A stretch of 64,000 nt of DNA from an uncultured Solirubrobacterales bacterium. GTDB taxonomy: Bacteria > Actinomycetota > Thermoleophilia > Solirubrobacterales > Solirubrobacteraceae. The DNA is taken from assembly GCA_963794825.1 (NCBI GenBank), contig CAWCFB010000001.1:737528-801527 (forward strand), given 5' to 3'. The notes beneath the pieces were generated by a model. It saw only the letters and a list, made by a program, of their open reading frames with translations, was not told the origin of the DNA and did not search any database. The first letter of the stretch is position 1; each line of letters begins with the position of its first letter. The position numbers and the translations under genes are program-made. Of the stretch, positions 52,795 through 62,564 are shown piece after piece.

Positions 52795-54388
52795 GGTCTC
52801 GTGCCATCACCGCAACGTCCGGCGAGCCAAGGCCGTCGACGTAGTTCCAGCCCGGAGTCACGCTGAACCTCCGGTTGCCGCCGCGGACGGGCTTGTGGAA
52901 CGCGTCCGCGGTCGCCGGGTTAGCTGCCAGGCGGTAGAGCAGCGGTGCGATGAAGCCGAGGTCGCGGGCTCCGTGGCGCTGTGCGTACTCGCGCATCAGC
53001 GCCAGCGAGCCCGCCCAGAACGGCGCCGCCGCGCTCGTCCCGCCGATCTCGGCCGTCCGGCCGCGCGTGAACACGACCATCCCGCTGGTCGGATCGGCCG
53101 GCCCGGCAACGTCGGGGAGCTGGCGGTGGCCGTTCGACTCCGCGTTGTCTACCCCGGGTCCTTGCTGCCACGGCGGCCGCGGCGTCACCGAGGCCAGACC
53201 GCCACCGCTGCCATCCCCCTGGAGTACGTCCTCCCAGCCGTACTCGGCGAGATATGACCCATCCGCGCGGACCGCGAGGCGCGTGCCCCCCACGGCGACG
53301 ACACTGTCGCTCGCCGCCGGCCAGTCCACGGACGGTCGTTGGTCTGACACGTCCGCGCTCTGGCAGTCATAGGCACCCTGATCCCCGCTCGCGGCGAAGA
53401 TGGTGATCCCCGCGGCGCGCGCCGCCGCCAGCGCGTTCTGCTCGGCGAGACGAATCGCGGGCGGCACGAGCAGATCGCACACACCCCAGGAGGTGCTGAT
53501 CACGCGCGCCCGGTGATCGGCGACGATCTGGTTGATGACGTCCGCATCGCCGGCGACTCCCGCCGGCGCCTCATAGTCGAGGATCTGCGCGCCGGGGGCG
53601 AGCCCCCGGAGGGTCTCGAGGTCCAGGTCGACCTCCGGCTCCTGGGAGCCGGGATGGGTACCACCGCTCACGAGCTCGCGGCGGATCTGCGGCCCGCGGA
53701 TGGAGAACTTCGATGCAAACGCCTCCAGGTCGCTCGGTAGGTAGCTGTCGTACGAGACGACCGCGATCGTCTGACCCGCCCCGTCGATCCCGGCCGCCCG
53801 CAGCGGCTGGATGTCGTAGGCCCGCGTCAGCGTCGACGGAGTCAGCCCGGCGGCCGGCACGTCGGCCGCGACCATCACCGGTCTCGTGTCCAGGCCGGCG
53901 ACACCGGCGACATCGACCCCGAGCCAGGCCGGCACTCGCGGCGCGCCCGTCGGTGCGAACCAGCGCCGGCCAGCGCTGTCGCCGCGGTTCTGCAACTCCG
54001 TTCCGAACGCACGCTCGAACGCGGCCGCGCTGCCGGCGACCCGGAGCGCAGTCCGCTGCGGATAGGTTTCGATGACGCTCAGGCCGTGCCTGCGCAGCGC
54101 GTCGGTGATCGTCGCGATCCGCGCCAGCGGCAGGCCGAAGCGGGCGCCGAATTGTCTGGGCGTCAGCCTGACCCCGGAGGCCGGGGACCCGCCGGCGGCG
54201 CTGGTGGCAAGAAAGCGCGACAGTTCGCGCCGATGCTCGAGGGCCAGAACCAGTGACGCTTCAATGCGCAGGCTCGGGTTCGTCGGCCCGAGCGCGCGCC
54301 AGGGAGTCGTCGGCGGGGGCGACGAGCGCAACGCCAGAACGGTGATCACCGCGGCCGCACAGGCCGTCAGCGCGCGACCGCGCCTCAC
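52772..54388 (-). CDS. Secreted S53 (sedolisin/kumamolisin) peptidase
   Basis: Signal-like N-terminus, prodomain, EVDLD, ASGDQG, GGTSAAAP, GLGSP. Confidence 0.92.
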   Translation of the reverse strand: MRRGRALTACAAAVITVLALRSSPPPTTPWRALGPTNPSLRIEASLVLALEHRRELSRFLATSAAGGSPASGVRLTPRQFGARFGLPLARIATITDALRRHGLSVIETYPQRTALRVAGSAAAFERAFGTELQNRGDSAGRRWFAPTGAPRVPAWLGVDVAGVAGLDTRPVMVAADVPAAGLTPSTLTRAYDIQPLRAAGIDGAGQTIAVVSYDSYLPSDLEAFASKFSIRGPQIRRELVSGGTHPGSQEPEVDLDLETLRGLAPGAQILDYEAPAGVAGDADVINQIVADHRARVISTSWGVCDLLVPPAIRLAEQNALAAARAAGITIFAASGDQGAYDCQSADVSDQRPSVDWPAASDSVVAVGGTRLAVRADGSYLAEYGWEDVLQGDGSGGGLASVTPRPPWQQGPGVDNAESNGHRQLPDVAGPADPTSGMVVFTRGRTAEIGGTSAAAPFWAGSLALMREYAQRHGARDLGFIAPLLYRLAANPATADAFHKPVRGGNRRFSVTPGWNYVDGLGSPDVAVMARDLIALVGH

Positions 54389-56196
54389 GACTGTCCCGGC
54401 CAGGTGATCGTGTTGACGACGCCGTCGGCGAGGCCGTACACCGCTCGCCTGACCCCGGCGTGCGTCTCATCCGTCAACGTGGTCGCGACAATCCCGACCC
54501 GCCCCACCGACGCCGCCTGAACGGTCGCGAGCACCTGATCGGTGACCCCCTCCGGGGTGTCCACGGCGCCGACGTAGGCTCCGCCCGCTCCGTAGCGGTA
54601 TCCGACCTCGGGGCCGAGGATCGTGTCCGCCGCAGAGGAGTCGGCCGTCAACCCGAGGATGTTCGATCGCAGCGAGGAGACCTTGTCGGCCACGAGCTGC
54701 GGCGGTGCCGCAGCGTTCGCGCCCTGCACGACGAGGTCGACCGGTGCGACCGTGCTCTTGAGCTCCACCCCGGCCGGGCCTTGCTGTGCGATCCGCCATT
54801 CCGCAGGCGAGTACTCGAGCGCGAATCCGAACGCCGAGCTCCGCCACACAGCCTCGCTGCGTAGCGGAGCCGCAAGGAGCGGCGGGGCGCCGCAGGGCTT
54901 TGTCGGGGAGCACCGGGCCTGCAGCCGGGGCGGGGCGATCGCGCCGATCAGGGCGGTCGCCACGACCAGCGCGGCGACGAACGCGACGAACGCGCGCACG
55001 CGCCCGCGGGTCAGCAGACGCGCACGGCGTGGATGGAGCGGACTGGGGGCGGCCGGCCCCGTCGCCGTCGCCGGAGCCTGGGGCCGCTTGGGAACGGCCC
55101 GCAGCGACACCCCGCACTCCGCGCAGTAGGACTGACGCGAAGTCTGAGCGTGGCAGTTCGGGCACTCGATATCGGGCCCGACCTCCAACTCGGCCGCCTC
55201 TTGGCGCAGACCGAGCTGCAGCATCAGCCGCAGCCATACGAGCGCGAGCGCGTCGAGCACGAGCAGCATCGCGAGCCAAGCCCCGATCGGCAACCACCGT
55301 TGGCCCGCAGCGGCGAGCATCAGCAGCCCGGCGCGGAGGGTCAGCGCGACGAGCGGATGTCCGAGCGGACCGAGCGCGCCACGCTCATCAGGCGGGCCGC
55401 GGAACCGCAGCCAGAGGGCGCCGCACGCCGCCCCGGTGGCGGCCATTGCGAGGATCGGCAATGCGACACGGATCGTCAGCAGCCGCAAGATCCACGGCAG
55501 CACGGCGCCGCCGGGGGCAAGTCCGTGCTCGAACAGCTGGTAGCCGTTGACGATCACTTCGGTCGCCGACAGCGCCGCCGCGGTTGCCGCCCCGAAAGTC
55601 ACGCCGTCCAGCACATCGTTGAAGCGCCGATGGGGGAGGAGCACGAGCGCGGGCCCGGCGACGGCGAGCAGGAGCTCGAGCCCAGGCAGCAGCACGATCG
55701 TCACCAGCGCGGTGGAGCGATGCCCGGAGGCGAGCTGATCGATCGAGGAGGACTCGAGGGCATGCCCGAGCACGGCGATGACAGCGCCGGCGATCGCACC
55801 CCAGGCGAGCGTGAACGCGATCACCAGGAGCGGCTCCTGCTCGTAGACGTTGACGTCGTGCAGATACAGCGCCGCGATGATCGGGACCAGTAGCGCCGCC
55901 GCGGTGAGCGCGACAGGGAAGAGACCGGCCGCGCCGAGGCCGAGCACGATCGCGGTCCCGATCGCCATTGCCCAGCGGTAGTGACGCATGTCGGCGCGGG
56001 GGAGGTGCGGGAAGAGGCTCGAGACGATAGACGGCAGCAGCCGATGCTCGTGGGGCGCGGCAGCAAACCCGCGCTCGGCGGCCGCCTGCTGGGCCCGGGC
56101 TGGGTCGTGCGTCTCGACCTGAGCGCGCAGCGGCGCTCCACAGCGGACGCAGAACGGGCGCTCCGGAACCTCCTGGCCACACTCGGGGCATTTCAC
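54385..56196 (-). CDS. Zinc-ribbon / PrsW-like multi-TM protein with C-terminal extracytoplasmic domain
   Basis: CPEC..FCVRC, about ten TM helices including LDGVTFGAA, second ribbon CPNC..YCAEC, TM, beta-rich C-terminus. Confidence 0.75.
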   Translation of the reverse strand: MKCPECGQEVPERPFCVRCGAPLRAQVETHDPARAQQAAAERGFAAAPHEHRLLPSIVSSLFPHLPRADMRHYRWAMAIGTAIVLGLGAAGLFPVALTAAALLVPIIAALYLHDVNVYEQEPLLVIAFTLAWGAIAGAVIAVLGHALESSSIDQLASGHRSTALVTIVLLPGLELLLAVAGPALVLLPHRRFNDVLDGVTFGAATAAALSATEVIVNGYQLFEHGLAPGGAVLPWILRLLTIRVALPILAMAATGAACGALWLRFRGPPDERGALGPLGHPLVALTLRAGLLMLAAAGQRWLPIGAWLAMLLVLDALALVWLRLMLQLGLRQEAAELEVGPDIECPNCHAQTSRQSYCAECGVSLRAVPKRPQAPATATGPAAPSPLHPRRARLLTRGRVRAFVAFVAALVVATALIGAIAPPRLQARCSPTKPCGAPPLLAAPLRSEAVWRSSAFGFALEYSPAEWRIAQQGPAGVELKSTVAPVDLVVQGANAAAPPQLVADKVSSLRSNILGLTADSSAADTILGPEVGYRYGAGGAYVGAVDTPEGVTDQVLATVQAASVGRVGIVATTLTDETHAGVRRAVYGLADGVVNTITWPGQS

Positions 56197-56389
56197 GATC
56201 AGCTCACCCCGGGATCAGTGGCCCAATCGAAACGACCAAGCCGCGTTGCGCTCATCCGCTGAGCGAAGGTGTAGCGCGCGAGAAACCTGGCCCATGGAAG
56301 CGACAACCGTAGCCTCGGTCCCCGACGGTTAAGCGGGATCGACCGCGAGCGGTGTACCCGGACCCGCCCACGCCGGTAGCCTCGGCCGG

Positions 56390-57136
56390 GTGTTCGACCA
56401 CGTCGGGATAGCGGTCTCGGACCTCGCGGCGTCCGAGCGGTTCTACCGCACGGTCCTCGCCGTGCTCGGCCTGCAGCCCAGCCATGCGGACGCCGAGCTG
56501 GTCGAGTGGGAGGATTGGGACATCGGGCCAACAGATCGCGAGCACGGGCTGACCCGTGGGCTCCACATCGGATTCCGCGCCTGCGACCGCGCCCAGGTCG
56601 ATGCGTTCTGGCAGGCGGGTCGCGACGCGGGGTATCGCGACGACGGCGAGCCGGGCCCGCGCACGCAATACAGCCAGACGTACTACGGAGGGTTCCTGCT
56701 CGATCCCGACGGCAACAGCGTCGAGGCGGTCCACAGCGACCGCGACAACCCAGTGCCCGCCGGCTGCATCGACCACCTGTGGATCCGCGTACGCGACCTC
56801 GAGGCCTCTCGGCGCTTTTACACGACGATCGCGCCCCAGGCCGGGCTCCGCGTGGTCCACGACGGGCCTGACCGCGTACAGCTGGCCGGCCCGGACAACA
56901 GCTTCTCGCTCGTCCGGGACCAGCGGCCGGTCACCGAGAACGTCCACCTCGCGTTCCCCGCGCGCGAGGACGCCACGGTGCGCGCGTTCCACGCCGCCGC
57001 GCTCGCCGCGGGCTACGAGGATCACGGCGCGCCGGGCGAGCGTGCGATCTACCACCCGGGCTACTACGGCGCGTTCGTGCTCGACCCGGACGGCCACAAC
57101 GTCGAAGTGGTCAACCACAACCGGGACCCGGATTGA
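56390..57136 (+). CDS. VOC/glyoxalase protein with two tandem domains
   Basis: FDHVGI...DPDGNSVE and IDHLWI...DPDGHNVE. Confidence 0.9.
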   Translation: MFDHVGIAVSDLAASERFYRTVLAVLGLQPSHADAELVEWEDWDIGPTDREHGLTRGLHIGFRACDRAQVDAFWQAGRDAGYRDDGEPGPRTQYSQTYYGGFLLDPDGNSVEAVHSDRDNPVPAGCIDHLWIRVRDLEASRRFYTTIAPQAGLRVVHDGPDRVQLAGPDNSFSLVRDQRPVTENVHLAFPAREDATVRAFHAAALAAGYEDHGAPGERAIYHPGYYGAFVLDPDGHNVEVVNHNRDPD

Positions 57137-57624
57137 GCTCGCTCGACTCGGCCTTCGCGGAGCTCGTCGCTCAGGCTGACTACTCGCTCTACATCGTGAC
57201 CGCGGCCCATGATGGCCAGCGCGCAGGCTGCCTGATCGGCTTCGCCACTCAGGTGTCGATTCGCCCGCCCCGGTTCCTCGCGTGTCTATCGGTGAAGAAT
57301 CGCACCTATCGGGTTGCCCGCGAAGCCGAGATCCTCATCGTCCACCCCGTCCCGGACGACGCAGAACAGCTCGCGGAGCTGTTCGGCGGCGAAACCGGCG
57401 ATGACATCGACAAATTCGCCCGCTGCGCGTGGAAGCCTGGACCAGGGGAGGGGCCTGTCCTGACAGACCTCGGCAGTTGGTTCGCTGGTCGGGTGCACGA
57501 CCGCGTCGCATTCGGTGATCACGTCGGTTTCGTGCTTGAGCCGATCGAGGTCCACGGCGGCGACCTGGCCGAGGCGCTCAGTTTCCGGCGCGGCCGCTGG
57601 ATCGATCCCGGGCACGAGCCCTAA
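57133..57624 (+). CDS. Flavin reductase-like protein
   Basis: IVTAA..GC, SIRPP, DKF, GDH. Confidence 0.85.
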   Translation: MSSLDSAFAELVAQADYSLYIVTAAHDGQRAGCLIGFATQVSIRPPRFLACLSVKNRTYRVAREAEILIVHPVPDDAEQLAELFGGETGDDIDKFARCAWKPGPGEGPVLTDLGSWFAGRVHDRVAFGDHVGFVLEPIEVHGGDLAEALSFRRGRWIDPGHEP

Positions 57625-57709
57625 CCACCGTTCGTGGGCCGACATGCCCCACCACGGGCTGGCGCATCCGGGTAGGCTCGCCTCCACATCAAGGTTGAGG
57701 AGGCCAGCT

Positions 57710-58069
57710 GTGCAGCTCGAGAAGAAGAATTTCGCTTCACCGGATGAGGTACGACCGATGGCCGACCGAGGCCGAGTCGAGCTGGTCAAACTCGGCGACG
57801 GTGTAGTCGGCAAGGCCACGTTCGAACCAGGCTGGCGCTGGTCTGAGCACGTCAAGCCGATCGCTGGGACCGACAGTTGCCAGGCAGCGCATCTCGGCTA
57901 CGTGATCTCGGGTCATCAGGCTGTGGCGATGGACGACGGGACCGAACTCGAATTCGGGCCTGGCGATGTGATGGCGATTCCTCCCGGCCACGACGGATGG
58001 GTGGTGGGCGATGAGCCCTGCGTGATGCTCGATTTCGCCGGGATGGAGCATTACGCCGAACCGCGCTAG
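57710..58069 (+). CDS. Cupin domain protein
   Basis: [30 protein letters not shown]; SD GAGGAG. Confidence 0.88.
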   Translation: MQLEKKNFASPDEVRPMADRGRVELVKLGDGVVGKATFEPGWRWSEHVKPIAGTDSCQAAHLGYVISGHQAVAMDDGTELEFGPGDVMAIPPGHDGWVVGDEPCVMLDFAGMEHYAEPR

Positions 58070-58245
58070 CTCGAGCGTCTGACCCCGAACTGCTCGAGGA
58101 TGCGTTCGGCGTACCACTGGGGCCAGGGAACCTCCGGGCCTGCCGTCGCGTAGTCCTTGTCGAGATCCACGATGCGATAAACGAGGTGGTGGGTTTCGCC
58201 GGCCTCATGGAGCAGCGCGGCGACACGGGAGGAATGGTCGGTCAT
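58066..58245 (-). CDS. Small hypothetical protein, possibly a remnant
   Basis: 59-aa [23 protein letters not shown]...[11 protein letters not shown]. Confidence 0.45.
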   Translation of the reverse strand: MTDHSSRVAALLHEAGETHHLVYRIVDLDKDYATAGPEVPWPQWYAERILEQFGVRRSS

Positions 58246-58461
58246 GCGGGAGAGTGTCGCGAATCCACCCGTCATCGCTCGGAGCCGCATCCGCAGCATC
58301 CGCAGCGGGCGGTTTTTTCAGTCTCGGCACGCATTTGTCCGGCTTGCGTGAAGAATGTGTCTTGTTCCGTTACAGCACCTCGTCGTACGGTCTCCATTCC
58401 GTCCGCCGCCCGCCCTACCGTGAGTGGTTCAAAGAGAGCACAGACAAGGAGCCGACGCGAG

Positions 58462-59586
58462 ATGACCGATCAAGATGCCAAGGCAGACGCCAAGCGCCAG
58501 GCGGCGCTGCAGGGCGCGCTAACGCAGATCGAGCGCCAGTTCGGCAAAGGCAGTGTGATGAGGATGGGCGATCCGGGTGCCCGCGTCGCGGTCGACGCGA
58601 TCCCCACCGGCGCGCTGTCGCTCGACATTGCGCTCGGGATCGGGGGCGTGCCCCGCGGCCGGATCATCGAGATCTTCGGCCCCGAGTCGTCCGGCAAGAC
58701 GACGCTCGTCTACCACATTCTCGCCGAGGCGCAGAAGCTCGGCGGCGTGTGCGCGTTCGTCGACGCCGAGCACGCGATGGACCCGATCTACGCGCAGAGG
58801 ATCGGCGTCGACATCGACGAGCTGCTCGTCTCGCAACCGGACTTCGGCGAGCAGGCGCTCGAGATCGTCGACATGCTGATCCGCTCGGGCGCGGTCGACG
58901 TGATCGCCATCGACTCGGTGGCCGCACTCACGCCGCGCGCCGAGCTCGAGGGCCAGATGGGCGATCAGAGCGTCGGGCTGCAGGCACGCATGATGTCCCA
59001 GGCGATGCGCAAGCTGACCGGCAACCTCAACCGGACCCAGACGCTGTGCGTGTTCACGAACCAGATCCGCGAGAAGGTCGGCGTGATGTTCGGCTCGCCC
59101 GAGACGCAGCCGGGCGGTCGCGCGCTGAAGTTTTATTCCTCCCAGCGGCTCGACATCCGCCGGATCGAGACGCTCAAGGACGGAACCGAGGCGGTCGGCA
59201 ATCGCGTCCGGGTCAAGGTAGTCAAGAACAAGGTGGCAGCCCCGTTCAAGCAGGCCGAGTTCGATATCGAGTTCGGTAAGGGGATCTCGACCTCGGGCTG
59301 CCTGATCGACTTCGGCATCGAGCACAACATCATCACGAAGTCGGGCTCGTTCTTCTCGTATGGCGATGAGCGCCTCGGACAAGGACGCGGCAACGCGAAG
59401 GCGTTCCTCGATGAACATCAGGAGCTGGCCAAGGAGATCGAGGCGAAGGTCTACGCCACGCTCGGCATCGGACGCGACCTCGTCAAGCCGATCGAGCCGC
59501 GGGATGGCCAGGCCGACGGCGACATCGCCGAGGAGGTCGACACCATCTCGAACGGCGCTGCGCCTGTCGAGGCGCAGGCCGCCTGA
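58462..59586 (+). CDS. recA: Recombinase A
   Basis: [31 protein letters not shown]; no intein. Confidence 0.99.
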   Translation: MTDQDAKADAKRQAALQGALTQIERQFGKGSVMRMGDPGARVAVDAIPTGALSLDIALGIGGVPRGRIIEIFGPESSGKTTLVYHILAEAQKLGGVCAFVDAEHAMDPIYAQRIGVDIDELLVSQPDFGEQALEIVDMLIRSGAVDVIAIDSVAALTPRAELEGQMGDQSVGLQARMMSQAMRKLTGNLNRTQTLCVFTNQIREKVGVMFGSPETQPGGRALKFYSSQRLDIRRIETLKDGTEAVGNRVRVKVVKNKVAAPFKQAEFDIEFGKGISTSGCLIDFGIEHNIITKSGSFFSYGDERLGQGRGNAKAFLDEHQELAKEIEAKVYATLGIGRDLVKPIEPRDGQADGDIAEEVDTISNGAAPVEAQAA

Positions 59587-59587
59587 G

Positions 59588-60097
59588 GTGGACGACCGTC
59601 CGGAAGCGCCGCCGCGCGAGGCGGGCACCGAGGATCCGCTCCAGCACGCGCTGGGGATCGCGCTCAAGTACCTCAATCGCCGCGACCGGACGGTGCACGA
59701 GGTGCGGGTCAGGCTCGAGCGCTCGGCGGTGGATGAGAGCGTCGCCCGCGAGGTGATAGCTCAACTGACCGATCAGAGATTTCTCGACGACGCCCGCTTC
59801 GCGCGCCTGTTCGCCGAGGACAAGCGGACGCTCGAGGCCTGGGGCAACGAGAGGATCGAGCGTGGCCTGCGCGCGCGCGGCATCTCTGCCGAGCTCGTCC
59901 AGGAGGCGATCGGCCTTGCCTGCGGAGAGTCCGAGCTCGACCGCGCGCTGACTTTGCTGCGCCGGCGGTTCCCGGCCGCGCCCGAGAATCGCCGCGACCG
60001 CGACCGCGCTCTGGGCGTGCTGCTCCGCAAGGGGTACGACTCGGAGCTCGCGCTGGACGCGCTCGCGGCCCACCGCCGCGAGGCACAGGCGGCCTGA
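59588..60097 (+). CDS. recX: Regulatory protein RecX
   Basis: YLNRRDRT..E, LDDARFA, WG..RI...L..RG, LLRKGY. Confidence 0.92.
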   Translation: MDDRPEAPPREAGTEDPLQHALGIALKYLNRRDRTVHEVRVRLERSAVDESVAREVIAQLTDQRFLDDARFARLFAEDKRTLEAWGNERIERGLRARGISAELVQEAIGLACGESELDRALTLLRRRFPAAPENRRDRDRALGVLLRKGYDSELALDALAAHRREAQAA

Positions 60098-60144
60098 CCG
60101 ACTGCCCGCTGTTTGCGCCGACCGGCCCCCGGTACTACGATTCC

Positions 60145-60367
60145 GGGAGCGAACGAATGGCCCACGGGCCACGAAAGACCAGCAAATTTCATCAATCTTG
60201 GATCCCGGACTTAGAAACTTGGCGTTGATGGCAAACGACGACGGGCACCCCAGACCGCCCAGCTCACCACCCGACACCGCCAGCTAGCCGTCGCCTGAAC
60301 CGGCCCCCTGTGGTCGCGATGCCGGGCATCCGTTCGTGAGTCCCGAACGGGCCAGTCGGTCGCTCCC
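60145..60367 (+). ncRNA. Candidate structured RNA (stand-alone sRNA or rny 5' leader)
   Basis: Promoter TTGCGC-N17-TACGAT (60113-60141); the two ends pair over a long closing stem. Confidence 0.6.
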
Positions 60368-60423
60368 AAATCACATAGCAGTGGAAAGGCCCGGACTCCC
60401 GGACCTTCAGGAGAGGAACGACC

Positions 60424-61815
60424 ATGGAAATCATCGGAGCCGCAGCGCTGATCGCGGTCGCGCTGGTACTGGCCGCGATCGTCTACGCGCGCGGGCACAG
60501 CGGCGGCGCTCGGCCTCCCGTCGCGAACCGTGACGCACCGAACGGTTCCAACCTGCACGCGGAGCTGTCCGAACGCGAAGCGGCGCTCGTACGCCGTGAG
60601 GAGGCGCTGGCCCGCAAGGAAGCCGAGCTCAACCAGGGTCGGGAAGCTCTGTCGGCCGACCGCGGTGAGCTCGAGCGGTCGCTGGAGCGCGTGTCGGGAC
60701 TGTCCGCCGCCAAGGCCAAGCAGCTCCTGCTCAAAGAGATCGAGGACCAGGCCCGCCACGACGCGGCCCGGCTGATCCGCCAGATCGAGGAGGAGACCAA
60801 GCGCGACGCCGAGCGGCGCGTACGGAACATCCTCTCGGTCTGCATGCAGCGCCTCGCCGCGGGCCACGCCGCGGAGACGACCGTATCGGTCGTGCAGCTG
60901 TCCGCCGACGAGATGAAGGGGCGGATCATCGGCCGCGAGGGTCGCAACATCCGCGCCCTGGAGAACCTCACAGGGGTTGACTTCATCATCGACGACACCC
61001 CGGGCGCGGTCGTGCTCTCGGGGTTCGACGGTGTCCGCCGGGAGATCGCGCGACTCACGCTCGAGAAGCTCCTCCAGGACGGCCGCATCCACCCGGCCCG
61101 GATCGAAGAGATGTACTACCAGGCGAAGTCTGAGCTCGAAAACCACATCATCGAGGTCGGCGAGCAGGGAGTGTTCGACGCCGGGGTCCAGGGGCTGAAC
61201 CCGGAACTGGTCAAGCTGCTCGGCCGGCTTCAGTTCCGAACCAGCTACGGACAGAACGTGCTGGCCCACTCGATCGAAGTTTCGCGGCTCGCAGCGATGA
61301 TGGCCGACGAGCTGGGCGCCAGCGCCAAGACCGCCCGCCGCGCGGCGCTGCTCCACGACATCGGCAAGGCGGTCACACACGAGATCGAAGGCCCGCACGC
61401 GCTCGTCGGCGGGGAGCTGGCGCGCAAGTACGGGGAGCCTGAGGCCGTCGCGCACGCGATGGAGGCTCACCACAACGAGGTCGAACCGCAGACGATCGAA
61501 GCGGTAATCGTCCAGGCGGCCGACGCGCTCTCCGGAGCGCGTCCCGGGGCGCGCGGCGAGTCGCTTGACCAGTACGTCAAGCGGCTACGTGACCTGGAGC
61601 AGATCGCCACCCGTCATGTGGGCGTAGACAAGGTCTACGCCATGCAGGCTGGGCGCGAGATCCGCGTGATGGTCTCGCCGGGCGCGATCGACGACGACGC
61701 AGCGACGCTGCTCTCCTACGAGATCGCCCGCGAGATCGAGAAGGAGCTCGACTACCCCGGCCAAATCAAGGTGACCGTGATCAGGGAGTCACGGGCGGTC
61801 GAGTACGCGCGCTGA
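60424..61815 (+). CDS. rny: Ribonuclease Y
   Basis: N-terminal TM, coiled coil, [31 protein letters not shown]. Confidence 0.97.
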   Translation: MEIIGAAALIAVALVLAAIVYARGHSGGARPPVANRDAPNGSNLHAELSEREAALVRREEALARKEAELNQGREALSADRGELERSLERVSGLSAAKAKQLLLKEIEDQARHDAARLIRQIEEETKRDAERRVRNILSVCMQRLAAGHAAETTVSVVQLSADEMKGRIIGREGRNIRALENLTGVDFIIDDTPGAVVLSGFDGVRREIARLTLEKLLQDGRIHPARIEEMYYQAKSELENHIIEVGEQGVFDAGVQGLNPELVKLLGRLQFRTSYGQNVLAHSIEVSRLAAMMADELGASAKTARRAALLHDIGKAVTHEIEGPHALVGGELARKYGEPEAVAHAMEAHHNEVEPQTIEAVIVQAADALSGARPGARGESLDQYVKRLRDLEQIATRHVGVDKVYAMQAGREIRVMVSPGAIDDDAATLLSYEIAREIEKELDYPGQIKVTVIRESRAVEYAR

Positions 61816-61821
61816 GCGCCA

Positions 61822-62463
61822 TCAATGGTGGTGGAAGTGGTGTGGGAGCGCGCCCGGCGCTGTCCAGGAATGGAAATCCGGGATCAGCACGATGGCCAGC
61901 ACGAGACCCGCGACTAGCGCGCCGGCGAGCGTGATCCAGCGGCCCGAGTCTCCCGGAGTCCCGCCCGTTCCGTAACGACGCACAGACGCGCTCAGCATCC
62001 TCGGCATCTCCAGCAGGTGACCGAGGAAGTGGATCGCGAACATGGCCCCCCAGACGATGAACGTGATCTTGTGGATCTCGACCCAGTTGCCGCGGTCCAC
62101 GGGCCCAAGGAACAGCAACACCACCCCGGTCCCAAATACCGCCACCGTCGTCACGACGAGAACCGGGGCCGACAGGCGGAGGTACAGGTCAGGTGGGCCC
62201 CGGCGGACGTACTCGGGGTTGCGCATGTAGTAGCGGATGAATCGGTAGCCGGTGCTCCCGAGCTTCGCCACCACCGGACCGATCAGCAGGAGGCCGATGA
62301 ACAGGTGCAGCCAGGTCAGCTGTCCGATCCGGATGATCGTGACTCCGATCACTAGGAGCAGAACCGTCAGCACGACGGCGACGATCGCGGTCAGCTGCTC
62401 GTTGCCGTCGGTGCCACCACCGAGCAGCCGCAGCCTGCGCGACTCATCCGCGGTTTGATGCAT
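61822..62463 (-). CDS. Membrane protein with His-bearing helices (cytochrome b-like)
   Basis: About five TM helices; WLHLFIG, EIHK, IHFLGH; His-rich C-terminal tail. Confidence 0.65.
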   Translation of the reverse strand: MHQTADESRRLRLLGGGTDGNEQLTAIVAVVLTVLLLVIGVTIIRIGQLTWLHLFIGLLLIGPVVAKLGSTGYRFIRYYMRNPEYVRRGPPDLYLRLSAPVLVVTTVAVFGTGVVLLFLGPVDRGNWVEIHKITFIVWGAMFAIHFLGHLLEMPRMLSASVRRYGTGGTPGDSGRWITLAGALVAGLVLAIVLIPDFHSWTAPGALPHHFHHH

Positions 62464-62564
62464 CGGGCGATCGTGCAACGGATGGATCAACTCTCGCTCA
62501 GCACGTGATGAGAAACCTCTTCGCGATCTCGCTGACCGGTCGAGACGCACCATATGATCGGCGC

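Noticed and set aside
56200-56385. Riboswitch in the divergent spacer before the zinc-ribbon and VOC genes
   Set aside because: Only short stems (AACCGT/ACGGTT, CGCTCA/TGAGCG); no aptamer consensus I can recognise.
58262-58318. Terminator with T6 tract and GCATCCGCA duplication upstream of recA
   Set aside because: The stem is weak with a very large loop; not enough support to call.
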